Origin: Bacteroidales bacterium
GTDB taxonomy: Bacteria > Bacteroidota > Bacteroidia > Bacteroidales > UBA3663
Assembly: GCA_045576355.1 (NCBI GenBank)
Contig: JAZNGG010000047.1
Location: 3,519-67,518, forward strand
Direction: 5' to 3'
Length of the DNA stretch: 64,000 nucleotides
Part shown: in pieces, positions 26,391 through 35,214 of the stretch
How the letters are laid out: every line of letters starts with the position of its first letter
Position numbering within the stretch: the first letter of the stretch is position 1
Notes under the pieces: generated by a model
Databases searched by the model: none
Told to the model about the DNA's origin: nothing
What the model saw: the letters and a program-made list of their open reading frames with translations, nothing else
Made by a program: the position numbers and the translations under genes

Positions 26391-29300
26391 ATGAGAAAAC
26401 TCCTTTCATTCATTGTGTGCTTCTTGATGAGCATGTCAGTGATGATGGCGCAGTCCCGTCTTGTAAAGGGTACTGTCGTCTCAAGTGAAGACGGTTTGCC
26501 GATCATTGGTGCTACGGTAATGGTTACAGGTACCCAAACCGGTACTACTACCGACCTGGATGGTAAATTCGAACTTCGAGTTCCTAACGGATCAACTACG
26601 TTGACAGTTTCTTATGTAGGTATGGTTACGCAGCAGGTTTCTGTCGATAAGGCAAAAAATGTTGTGCTTCATCCTGACCAGCAGATGCTCGACGACGTTG
26701 TGGTCCTCGGTTATGGTACTGCTTCCAAGCAGACATTTACCGGTTCGGCAGCAACAGTTAAGGCTGACGCTATCGAGAAAATCCAAGCAGCTAACCCGGT
26801 CAATGCTTTGGCTGGTAAGGTTTCCGGTGTACAGTTGAATACTGCTTCCGGTCAGCCCGGTCAGACATCTCCGACTATCCGCGTGCGTGGTATCTCTTCT
26901 ATCAATGCCGGCAATGCTCCTCTCTACATCGTAGATGGTGCTCCGTATGATGGTGACATCAACAATATCGCCGCTTCTGATATCGAGACCATGACCGTGT
27001 TGAAGGATGCTGCCACTACTTCTCTTTATGGTGCGCGTGGTGCCAACGGTGTCATCGTGATCACTACTAAGAAGGGTCAGAACAAGGGTGCAGGTGCTAC
27101 GATCAACGTAGATGCTAAGTGGGGTGTGAACTCTCGCGCTGCCCGTGACTATAAGTTGGTGACCGATCCTGCTCAGTATTATGAGATGTATTATCATGCT
27201 TTGAACAGCTATGCCGGTACTAAGGGTATGGATCCCGCTGCCGCTCACGCATGGGCTAATGCTAACATGATCGAGGGTGACTATGGTTTGCAGTACAATG
27301 TTTATAGCGTGCCACAAGGTCAGTACATGATTGGTGCTAATGGTAAGTTGAACCCGAACGCTACTATGGGTAACCTCGTTACTTATGGCGATCAGCAGTA
27401 TCTCTTGCGTGCTGACGACTGGATGGATGCCACTTATAAGAATGGTAACCGTCAGGAGTATAACGTAAGCGTATCTAATGCTTCTCAGACAGGTTCTTAC
27501 TATACATCTGTATCTTACCTCAACACTGAGGGTATCACTGATAACTCTGCTTACGAGCGTCTTTCTGCACGTTTGAAAGCTGATACTCAGGCTAAGTCTT
27601 GGTTGCGTGTTGGTGCGAGCGCTGCTTACACTCACTATGGTTCTAAGGCGTTGGATGAGGATGGTGTATCTAACTCTTCCGGTAACGCATTTGCCTATGC
27701 TACTCAGATCGCTCCGATCTATCCGCTTTATCTCCGTGATGCTCAGGGTAACATCATCGTTGATGCTAATGGTATCACTCGTTATGACTATGGTGATGGC
27801 GAAAATGCAGGTTTGACCCGTCCTTATATGTCTATGGGTAATGCCCTTTCAGACCTCTCTTTAAATACTAACAAGAGCGAGGGTAATGCATTCTCTGGTA
27901 CAGCTTATGCTACTATCGACTTCTTGAAGCATTTCTCTTTCACTACCAATAACACCGTAAACTTGGATGAGACTCGTATGTCTTACGTGACCAATCCTTT
28001 CTATGGTGCCTACGCTTCCTCAAACGGTATTGTTTCCAAGTATCACGTTCGTTCATGGTCACAGACTTTCCAGCAGATTTTGAACTACTCTCAGACCTTT
28101 GCAGAGAAGCATGAAGTAGAGGCAATGTTGGGTCACGAGTCTTATGACTATCGTTACTACTATCTCTATGCTAACCGTACCAACATGTTCGATCCTAACA
28201 ACAACGAGTTGGCTGGTGCTGTAACTGATGGTGGTGTTAACTCTTATCGTACTCATTATAATACTGAGGGTTACTTTGCACGTGCTCAGTATGCTTATGA
28301 TGGCAAGTACATTTTGAACGGATCTTTCCGTCGCGATGCTTCTTCTCGTTTCCATCCGGATAACCGTTGGGGTAACTTCTGGTCTGCATCTGCAGCTTGG
28401 TTGCTCAATAAGGAGGAGTTCTTCGACTTTGATTGGGTTGATCAGTTGAAGGTGAAGGCTTCTTATGGTGAGCAGGGTAACGATAACATCGGTAACTACC
28501 TCTACACCAATACTTACACTATCCAGAACTCAGGTGGTAACGTTGCTGCCGTTCCTTCTCAGAAGGGTAACAAGGACATCACTTGGGAGACCAACGCAAA
28601 CTTCAACGCCGGTGTAGAATTCGAGCTCTTCAAGGGTCGTATCTCAGGTTCTGTTGAGTACTTCTACCGCAAGACCTCTGACATGCTCTTCTCATTCCCA
28701 TTGCCGCCTTCATTCGGTTACACCTCTTACTATGCTAACGTAGGTGACATGGTGAACAATGGTGTTGAACTCGAGGTGACTCTCGGTCTTGTTGAAACCA
28801 AGGACTTTAACTGGGATCTTACATTAAACCTCACCAGCTATAAGAATAAGATCGATTACCTCCCCAGCGAGCGTAAGACTATGACTGTCGATGGTGTAGA
28901 TGGTTACTCAAGTGGTAACTTCTTCTATGGCGAGGGTGAGTCTCTCTACACATTCTACACTAAGCGTTATGCAGGTGTTGATCCTGAGACAGGTTTGGCT
29001 CAGTACTGGAAGACAGCCAACAAACTTGATGACCAAGGTAACGTGATGAAGGATGCCAAGGGTAACGTTATTACCGAAGAGGTAAAGACTACTAACTACT
29101 CTGAGGCTAACTATCACCTCTGTGGTACTGCTCTTCCGGACGCTTATGGTGGTTTCAGCACATCTTTGAGCTATAAGGGCTTTGACCTCTCTGTTGACTT
29201 CACATACCAGATCGGTGGTCAGATCTATGACAGCGACTATGCTAGTGCTATGAATGCTCCATCTGCCACTCAGAAGGGTAGCGCATTCCACGCTGACCTC

Positions 29301-29627
29301 CTCAATGCCTGGTCTCCGGACAACAAGGGCTCTAACATCCCGCGTCTCACATTCGGTGACTCTTATACAGCTGCTAACTCAGATCGTTTCTTGACTGATG
29401 CTTCTTATTTGAGCCTCAACAACATCAACTTAGGTTATACTATGCCTGTTACTTTGACTCGTAAGGCTGGTATCGAGCGCGTACGTTTCTATGTGACTGC
29501 CGACAACATCTACTACTGGTCTAAGCGTCAGGGTATGGATCCACGTCAGTCTATCACCGGTAGCACTTCCGGTTCTTATTATTCACCGATCCGTTCTATT
29601 TCCGGCGGTCTTACAGTTACATTCTAA
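26391..29627 (+). CDS. SusC-family TonB-dependent outer-membrane transporter (PUL2)
   Basis: ORF 26367-29627. The start is placed at the second ATG (26391, MRKLLSFIVCFLMSMSVMMAQS, a classical signal peptide). Carboxypeptidase-regulatory-like domain, plug, barrel, terminal GGLTVTF. Confidence 0.93.
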   Translation: MRKLLSFIVCFLMSMSVMMAQSRLVKGTVVSSEDGLPIIGATVMVTGTQTGTTTDLDGKFELRVPNGSTTLTVSYVGMVTQQVSVDKAKNVVLHPDQQMLDDVVVLGYGTASKQTFTGSAATVKADAIEKIQAANPVNALAGKVSGVQLNTASGQPGQTSPTIRVRGISSINAGNAPLYIVDGAPYDGDINNIAASDIETMTVLKDAATTSLYGARGANGVIVITTKKGQNKGAGATINVDAKWGVNSRAARDYKLVTDPAQYYEMYYHALNSYAGTKGMDPAAAHAWANANMIEGDYGLQYNVYSVPQGQYMIGANGKLNPNATMGNLVTYGDQQYLLRADDWMDATYKNGNRQEYNVSVSNASQTGSYYTSVSYLNTEGITDNSAYERLSARLKADTQAKSWLRVGASAAYTHYGSKALDEDGVSNSSGNAFAYATQIAPIYPLYLRDAQGNIIVDANGITRYDYGDGENAGLTRPYMSMGNALSDLSLNTNKSEGNAFSGTAYATIDFLKHFSFTTNNTVNLDETRMSYVTNPFYGAYASSNGIVSKYHVRSWSQTFQQILNYSQTFAEKHEVEAMLGHESYDYRYYYLYANRTNMFDPNNNELAGAVTDGGVNSYRTHYNTEGYFARAQYAYDGKYILNGSFRRDASSRFHPDNRWGNFWSASAAWLLNKEEFFDFDWVDQLKVKASYGEQGNDNIGNYLYTNTYTIQNSGGNVAAVPSQKGNKDITWETNANFNAGVEFELFKGRISGSVEYFYRKTSDMLFSFPLPPSFGYTSYYANVGDMVNNGVELEVTLGLVETKDFNWDLTLNLTSYKNKIDYLPSERKTMTVDGVDGYSSGNFFYGEGESLYTFYTKRYAGVDPETGLAQYWKTANKLDDQGNVMKDAKGNVITEEVKTTNYSEANYHLCGTALPDAYGGFSTSLSYKGFDLSVDFTYQIGGQIYDSDYASAMNAPSATQKGSAFHADLLNAWSPDNKGSNIPRLTFGDSYTAANSDRFLTDASYLSLNNINLGYTMPVTLTRKAGIERVRFYVTADNIYYWSKRQGMDPRQSITGSTSGSYYSPIRSISGGLTVTF

Positions 29628-29642
29628 TAAAGAAAAGTCGAT

Positions 29643-31253
29643 ATGAAAACTATATTTAAAGCATTTCTTACCGTGGGTGTTGCTGTCTCTACGCTCTCTA
29701 TGACGAGCTGTATTGACGAGACAAACCCGACCAGCGGTGCGACTGATGAGCAACTTTCATCATCTTCTAAAGCGACTGAGGCCCTCCTCTGGGCGATGCC
29801 TGCTTACCTGAACGCCCTTATGTGGGATGGTGACTATGGCTATGACTGGGGATATGGCTCTATTCTTCACGTTCGTGACATCATGACTGAGGACATGTGT
29901 CGTATCAGCTCAGGTTATGACTGGTACTCTCGTTGGGCTGTCAATCAGTATCAGAGTGAGGATTATATCTATAATCAGTATCTCTGGAACTACTATAACA
30001 AACTCGTTCAGACTTCTAACAACGTTTGCGGCGCCCTCAATCCTGAGACAGCTTCTGACGCACAGCTCGGTTACCTCGCTGCAGGTAAGGGTTATCGTGC
30101 TATGGCTTACCTCGATATGGCTCGTATGTTTGAGTTCCTCCCGAGTGATGTAAATCCTGAGGGTCTCAATGCTGCAGGCAATTGTGTTATTAATCTTACT
30201 GTGCCGATCGTAACTGAGGCTACTACTGAAGATGAAGCTCGTCACAATCCTCGTGCTACTCGTGAGGAGATGTTTACATTCATCCTCTCTGACCTCGATT
30301 GGGCTGAGAAGTACATCGAGTTGAATCCTAACAAGGTGAAGACTTTGCCTGACTTGACTGCTATCTATGGTCTTAAGGCTCGTCTTTACATGTGGGTAGA
30401 GGATTATGTAAACGCAGAGAAGTATGCTCGTCTTGCTATCAATGCCGGTGACTACGTTCCGACTTCTAAGGCAGACTGGCTTAGCACTACTACAGGCTTC
30501 AACACACTCAATTGCTCTTCTTGGGTTTGGGGTGCGAAGGCTATGAAGGATGATGATTGCGTGAAGACCGGTATCTTGAACTGGACTTCCTGGATGTCTA
30601 ACGAGACTACTTTCGGTTATGCTGCTGCTGAACCTTTCACCATGATCGGTGCTGCTGTCTATAATCGTATCAATGACCTCGACTTCCGCAAACTCTCTTA
30701 TAAGGCACCTGAAGGACATCCTCTCGCAGGTAAAGAGCCTTATGTAGATGCAGACATCTTTGCTTCTCTTCCTGCCTATGCAGGCTTGAAGTTCCGTCCG
30801 TCTGAGGGTAACATCAGTGACTATGCCGTAGCTGCTGCTTCTGCATTCCCGTTGATGCGTATCGAGGAGATGTATCTCATCGAGGCTGAGGCTGCTGCTC
30901 ATCAGAATGCCGCTAATGGTAAGGCTCTCTTGGAGGCTTTCATGACCACTTATCGTTATCCTGAGTATGTATGTAACGTTACTGAACAGGATGCTGTCAT
31001 CGAGGAGATCGTATTCCAGAAGCGTGTTGAGCTTTGGGGTGAGGGTCAGACTTTCTATGACATCAAGCGTCTTAACTACTCTGTGGATCGTGTTTACGAA
31101 GGTTCTAACTTCCAGGCTGAGTCTAAGTTTGAGACCAATGGTCGTCCTGCTTGGATGAGCATTCCGATCGTTAAGTCAGAGAAGAATAACAACGATGCAT
31201 TGATCGACTGGGAGAACCCGGATCCGAGTGATGCATATGAAGTTAAGGAGTAA
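29643..31253 (+). CDS. SusD-family lipoprotein (PUL2)
   Basis: 536 aa. Lipobox LSMTSC, located 15 bp after susC. It has a SusD-like helical core (MRIEEMYLIEAEAAAHQN). Confidence 0.9.
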   Translation: MKTIFKAFLTVGVAVSTLSMTSCIDETNPTSGATDEQLSSSSKATEALLWAMPAYLNALMWDGDYGYDWGYGSILHVRDIMTEDMCRISSGYDWYSRWAVNQYQSEDYIYNQYLWNYYNKLVQTSNNVCGALNPETASDAQLGYLAAGKGYRAMAYLDMARMFEFLPSDVNPEGLNAAGNCVINLTVPIVTEATTEDEARHNPRATREEMFTFILSDLDWAEKYIELNPNKVKTLPDLTAIYGLKARLYMWVEDYVNAEKYARLAINAGDYVPTSKADWLSTTTGFNTLNCSSWVWGAKAMKDDDCVKTGILNWTSWMSNETTFGYAAAEPFTMIGAAVYNRINDLDFRKLSYKAPEGHPLAGKEPYVDADIFASLPAYAGLKFRPSEGNISDYAVAAASAFPLMRIEEMYLIEAEAAAHQNAANGKALLEAFMTTYRYPEYVCNVTEQDAVIEEIVFQKRVELWGEGQTFYDIKRLNYSVDRVYEGSNFQAESKFETNGRPAWMSIPIVKSEKNNNDALIDWENPDPSDAYEVKE

Positions 31254-31275
31254 TCATTTAAATTGAGAGAAAATT

Positions 31276-33219
31276 ATGAAATTATTCAATAAATTATTTG
31301 CTGCAATGTTTGTGGTGCCGATGTTCATCGGCTTCACAGCTTGCGAAGACGAGGAGGCCTCATATACACCGGCTAACCCTGAGACCGGTCATCAGGTTTA
31401 TTTCTCTGCAGAGGAGAGCGACGATGTCATCTCTTTGGCTGACGGTCAGAACTCTGTTTCTATCAGTGTTTATCGTGCAGATTCTGTCGGTGATTTGACA
31501 GTTCCTGTAACTTTGATTAACGATACACTCGGTACTTTCTCTTGTCCTTCTGAAGTAATTTTTGCTGCCGGTCAGACTGTGGCTACTTTGGAAGTATCAT
31601 TTGGTGAGATTGAGGCTGATACCGAGTATTCTTGCTCCGTAGAGTTGGGTCAATATACCAACGGCTATGGTAAGAACACTAAGACTATCACCATTAAGTA
31701 TGCTCCTTGGAGCGAGTGGGAAGAGATCGAAGGTACTCACACTTATACCTATGCTACTTATTATAGTGGTGCTGATAAGGGTGTTCATGTGTTCACTCGT
31801 GCCTCTTTGCTCAACCCGAATAATGTGCAGTATATGGTATATCTCAATGCCTATAACGATGGTACTTACTATCTCCCGATGACAATCGATTTGGATCGTT
31901 CTACAGGATATTGTAAAGTAACTCCTTTCTGGACTGGTGAAATGTATGATCCGGGTGATGGCAGTCAGATTAAAGTTATGACCGGAGATATCATTTCTGT
32001 TGTTTATGCTACAGGCTTTAATCCTCTTAAGGCTTCTGCTTTGGAAGAGTATAATAATGAGACTTGTCCAAGTACATTCAACCCCGAAACAGGTTTATTC
32101 TCTCTGTACATGATGACTTATGTAGAGGGCTTAGGATGGTTCGGTTATGATTATGAGACACTTCAGTTGGATGGTTATAAACAGTATGATTATAGTGCTA
32201 CTTTGGCTTTCCAGGGTCATTATATCGGTGCAGACAACGTAGATAGAGCTGTAGTTTCTCTTCAGTTAGGTGCTGATGTTGCTTCTTACAAGTATGCTTT
32301 TGTAAATCAAAAGTTGGGTAGCAGTAATATCTCTGCTCTTTATGAGGCTATCTCTTCCGGTAACATCGTTGATGGCGAGGGCACAGAGAGTGGTTATTTG
32401 CTCGTAGAGGCAGGTGAGGGTGATAACACCGTTGCTGTTTTGACTTATGATGCAGAAGGCAATCAGGTAGGTGAGGCTTTCGTAACCTTCGAATTCCATG
32501 CTGCCGGATCAGACTATGTAGATCCATGGGTTTCTATGGGCTATGGTCGCTTGACAGATGATATCTATTCTTCATTATTGTTCGATGGTGCTACCGATAC
32601 ATGGATTACTTATTCAGTAGAGGTGTTTGAGAACATCGAGAAACCCGGTCTCTATCGTGTCTTGAATCCGCTCAGTCCGGATGTATATCCTGTTGAAATT
32701 ACCGGAGCTACTTATCCGGAGGGTGATTTCTATATGGAGATCAATGCAGAGGATCCGGAGGGAGTATATGTTCCTTACCAGTCTCTCGGTGCCAATTGGG
32801 GCTTAGGTGAGTTCTATATCTACTCAATGGCTGCTAATTATCTTGATCAAGGCATTACTTTAGAAGAGATTAAGGCTGCAGGCTATTGCGGTACTTTGGT
32901 AGATGGAGTTATTACTTTCCCGGTTAAGGGTCTTTTGTGGACAGGTGCTGACATGGGTGGTAGCTTGTACTATGGTAACGCAGAAGGCAAATTCAAGTTG
33001 GATATGTCTAACTTGACTGCTGAACCAATTGAACCTGAAGCAGGTGCTGCTTGGTTTGCAGGTGGTAAGCCTGCAGCACGTAAAGCTGCAGCACGCGGTA
33101 CCGCTACAGACCTTAAGGCTCCTAAATCTAAGAGTAAAGTGACTTTCATGCCTTTCTCTACACGCATTAATAACTCTAAGGAGGCTTTGGATTTCGAATT
33201 GATTCCTTTCAATAAATAA
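31276..33219 (+). CDS. Surface lipoprotein of unknown function (position of SusE/F-like glycan-binding proteins)
   Basis: 647 aa. Lipobox IGFTAC followed by an acidic linker (EDEE). Third gene of the PUL2 operon. No catalytic motif recognised. Confidence 0.7.
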   Translation: MKLFNKLFAAMFVVPMFIGFTACEDEEASYTPANPETGHQVYFSAEESDDVISLADGQNSVSISVYRADSVGDLTVPVTLINDTLGTFSCPSEVIFAAGQTVATLEVSFGEIEADTEYSCSVELGQYTNGYGKNTKTITIKYAPWSEWEEIEGTHTYTYATYYSGADKGVHVFTRASLLNPNNVQYMVYLNAYNDGTYYLPMTIDLDRSTGYCKVTPFWTGEMYDPGDGSQIKVMTGDIISVVYATGFNPLKASALEEYNNETCPSTFNPETGLFSLYMMTYVEGLGWFGYDYETLQLDGYKQYDYSATLAFQGHYIGADNVDRAVVSLQLGADVASYKYAFVNQKLGSSNISALYEAISSGNIVDGEGTESGYLLVEAGEGDNTVAVLTYDAEGNQVGEAFVTFEFHAAGSDYVDPWVSMGYGRLTDDIYSSLLFDGATDTWITYSVEVFENIEKPGLYRVLNPLSPDVYPVEITGATYPEGDFYMEINAEDPEGVYVPYQSLGANWGLGEFYIYSMAANYLDQGITLEEIKAAGYCGTLVDGVITFPVKGLLWTGADMGGSLYYGNAEGKFKLDMSNLTAEPIEPEAGAAWFAGGKPAARKAAARGTATDLKAPKSKSKVTFMPFSTRINNSKEALDFELIPFNK

Positions 33220-33242
33220 GAAATCTTTTCTACAATACAATG

Positions 33243-33280
33243 ATTAAGGCTGTGCCAATCCGGTACAGCCTTAATTTTTT
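33243..33280 (+). terminator. Rho-independent terminator
   Basis: attaaggctgt (33243-33253) pairs with acagccttaat (33265-33275), with a T-run to 33280. Confidence 0.85.
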
Positions 33281-33286
33281 ATCCCT

Positions 33287-33440
33287 AACGAGCGTAGCCT
33301 CGTTCCTTCACGAGTGTAGCCTCGTTGCTTCATGAGGGTAGCCTTATTGCTTCACGAGCGTAGCCTCGTTGCCTCACGAGGGTAGCCTCGTTGCTTCACG
33401 AGCGTAGCCCCGTTGCTTCACGTGGTTGACGCGTAGTGTC
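33287..33440 (+). repeat. 22-bp tandem array, 6 good copies plus decayed copies (unit cacgagcgtagcctcgttgctt)
   Basis: Units start at 33287, 33309, 33331, 33353, 33375 and 33397, then degenerate. Each unit contains the small dyad acgag-N6-ctcgt. Confidence 0.9.
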
Positions 33441-33585
33441 CCGAGGTTGTGTCGATTGATGGATCAGTAATTTTTTTTCCAAATGTGGATACGAGGATAA
33501 GCACATTGCCCCAAGCTCCCCGATGAGGTTATAGAGTATTAATGGTATTTACTTAGAACTTTGCTAATGGTCTCTTGATTTTGGA

Positions 33586-34872
33586 TTACTCAAAGCCTTC
33601 ATCCCTTACCAACCATTCCCAAATCGGGATAACCTGTATTGTATATTCCTGTTCTTCAATGATTTCTGTTTCTTGATCTGTGATAAGAAATATATTATTA
33701 CATTTTGTAGCCTTGGCTCCTGCAATACATCCTTTGATTTCCCGTTTCCTTGTTTTTGAATTGGTGATATCATAACTTACTTGATATACTGCAAGAGTTT
33801 TGTTTCCATCGCATACCACAAAATCTGCTTCAGCACTTCTGCCTTGGTAGTAGTATATGTCTTTTTCCGTCCCGGCTTTCCTGCGCAATAATTCCAAATA
33901 TACTATTGTCTCTAATCTCCAACCTAAATTTTCTCCCGAAAAGGCATTTTCTCGTTTGTCCATAAATGAGACATCTATAGCATATGATTTTTCGCCTCTT
34001 GTTCGTATTGTACTTTTTGTCGAATATTTTTTTATGGTAGAGATCAAATATGTTTGATTCAAATATAGGAGGAAATTGCTAAGGGTTTGTTCGCTTTTTA
34101 TATTTATCGTATTTTGAAGTGTCTCCTTAACTATAATTGTAGGAGTTTCATTGAGAATATGATGTGCAAGTCTTTTCAAAGCATCAATATTGCGTATATT
34201 ATATCGTTTCTTGATGTCTTGTGTTATGATGTTGTCTATTAAAGTACTTATATATTCTTTCGGTTTCTCTTCGCCTGATATAAGTTCCGGAAAACCTCCT
34301 TGATGAAAATATTCTTCGTAGGCTTTGGATATTAACCCTCTGTTTTTTGTTGTCAATCGAGTATAATCCAATCCTTTTATCATGCACCAGTCTTTAAATG
34401 AAAAAGGAAATAACTCGATCTTATGATGTCTTCCTGTGAGATGAGATGCTAATTCGACACTCAAAAGTTTTGCATTACTACCGGTGATTAGTACATGAAT
34501 CCGTTGTCTAAGTAAACGGTTTACAAATAATGGCCATCCGTCTATATTTTGTATTTCGTCTAAAAACAGATAATCAAACTTGCCATATATTTTGTATAAA
34601 ATCTGAAGAACTTTATCCAAATCTTGAGTCCCTAACTCCTCTAAACGCTCGTCATCAAAGTTTGCATATGCAAATTGTACTTTGGCTTTTTTCAGAGCAT
34701 TAAAACAAAGAGTGGACTTCCCGCTTCGACGCACACCAATTACTACCTGGGCAAGTTTGCTTTTCAGATTTATAAAATCTTCTTCCGGTCGGTGTATCAA
34801 TACGTCTTTCCCTAAAGCTTTCAGTTCATCTTGCTGCTCGAGTAATACTTTCTCTATTTCTGTATGTTTCAT
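33586..34872 (-). CDS. AAA ATPase (AAA_14-type) with a DUF4143-like C-terminal PD-(D/E)xK-like region
   Basis: 428 aa. Walker A GVRRSGKST, Walker B YLFLDEIQ. The C-terminal AEADFVVCDGNKTLAVYQVSYD resembles a restriction-endonuclease-fold motif. The gene is AT-rich. Confidence 0.8.
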   Translation of the reverse strand: MKHTEIEKVLLEQQDELKALGKDVLIHRPEEDFINLKSKLAQVVIGVRRSGKSTLCFNALKKAKVQFAYANFDDERLEELGTQDLDKVLQILYKIYGKFDYLFLDEIQNIDGWPLFVNRLLRQRIHVLITGSNAKLLSVELASHLTGRHHKIELFPFSFKDWCMIKGLDYTRLTTKNRGLISKAYEEYFHQGGFPELISGEEKPKEYISTLIDNIITQDIKKRYNIRNIDALKRLAHHILNETPTIIVKETLQNTINIKSEQTLSNFLLYLNQTYLISTIKKYSTKSTIRTRGEKSYAIDVSFMDKRENAFSGENLGWRLETIVYLELLRRKAGTEKDIYYYQGRSAEADFVVCDGNKTLAVYQVSYDITNSKTRKREIKGCIAGAKATKCNNIFLITDQETEIIEEQEYTIQVIPIWEWLVRDEGFE

Positions 34873-34898
34873 GACGTTTTACAGTTTTATTTGTGCTG

Positions 34899-34906
34899 CA
34901 AATATA
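34899..34906 (-). promoter_or_regulatory. -7 box TAtaTTTG (minus strand) for the ATPase gene
   Basis: Plus-strand caaatata at 34899-34906, 27 bp upstream of the ATG (34872). Confidence 0.55.
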
Positions 34907-34918
34907 CAAATATTTTTT

Positions 34919-35087
34919 TCTAATTGGTATAAATTACACATTTTATGTGTTTCTAATTGGGATAAATTACATGTTTTGCCCTTTCGTAGTTGGGATAAAT
35001 TACATGTTTTGTCCTTTCCTAATTGGGATAAATTACATGTTTTGTTATTTCTTAGTTTGGATAAATTACATGTTTTACCCCTTCCCG
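34919..35087. repeat. Iteron-like array: 5 copies of a 22-bp core (ttgggataaattacatgttttg) separated by 11-12-bp pyrimidine-rich spacers (period 33 bp)
   Basis: Cores start at 34924, 34957, 34990, 35023 and 35057. The three central cores are identical and the outer two are diverged. The core contains the palindrome acatgt. Confidence 0.9.
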
Positions 35088-35139
35088 AAGTTATTAACGA
35101 TGATTGATAATGATATTCCCGACAGCAATAAAACCAATG

Positions 35140-35180
35140 AAAAAACGAATGACCAATTTGGAGCAAACCCAAATTGATCA
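35140..35180 (-). terminator. recN terminator (minus strand)
   Basis: tgaccaatttgg (35150-35161) pairs with ccaaattgatca (35169-35180) with 1 mismatch. The plus-strand A-run at 35140-35145 becomes the U-tract on the minus strand. Confidence 0.65.
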
Positions 35181-35214
35181 TTAGATTTCAGTAGGCCGAA
35201 AATTATAAGAATCT

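Noticed and set aside
26592-27635. 347-aa minus-strand ORF inside susC (PUL2). Similar long antisense ORFs occur at 29910-30902, 15070-15717, 13221-13607 and 18091-18729.
   Set aside because: These are shadow ORFs opposite strongly supported SusC/SusD/PUL genes. They are Ser/Thr/Ile/Arg-rich nonsense sequences with no start context.
34919-35087. Possible mini-CRISPR (22-bp repeats separated by 11-bp 'spacers').
   Set aside because: The spacers are far too short and resemble one another (pyrimidine-rich cctttc-type). There are no cas genes. An iteron or operator array is the better description.
34682-35181. ORFs 34682-35107 (+), 34893-35177 (+) and 34879-35181 (-) crossing the 33-bp array.
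   Set aside because: Their repetitive peptide sequences derive from the array. The first is also antisense to the 5' end of the ATPase gene. No independent coding evidence.
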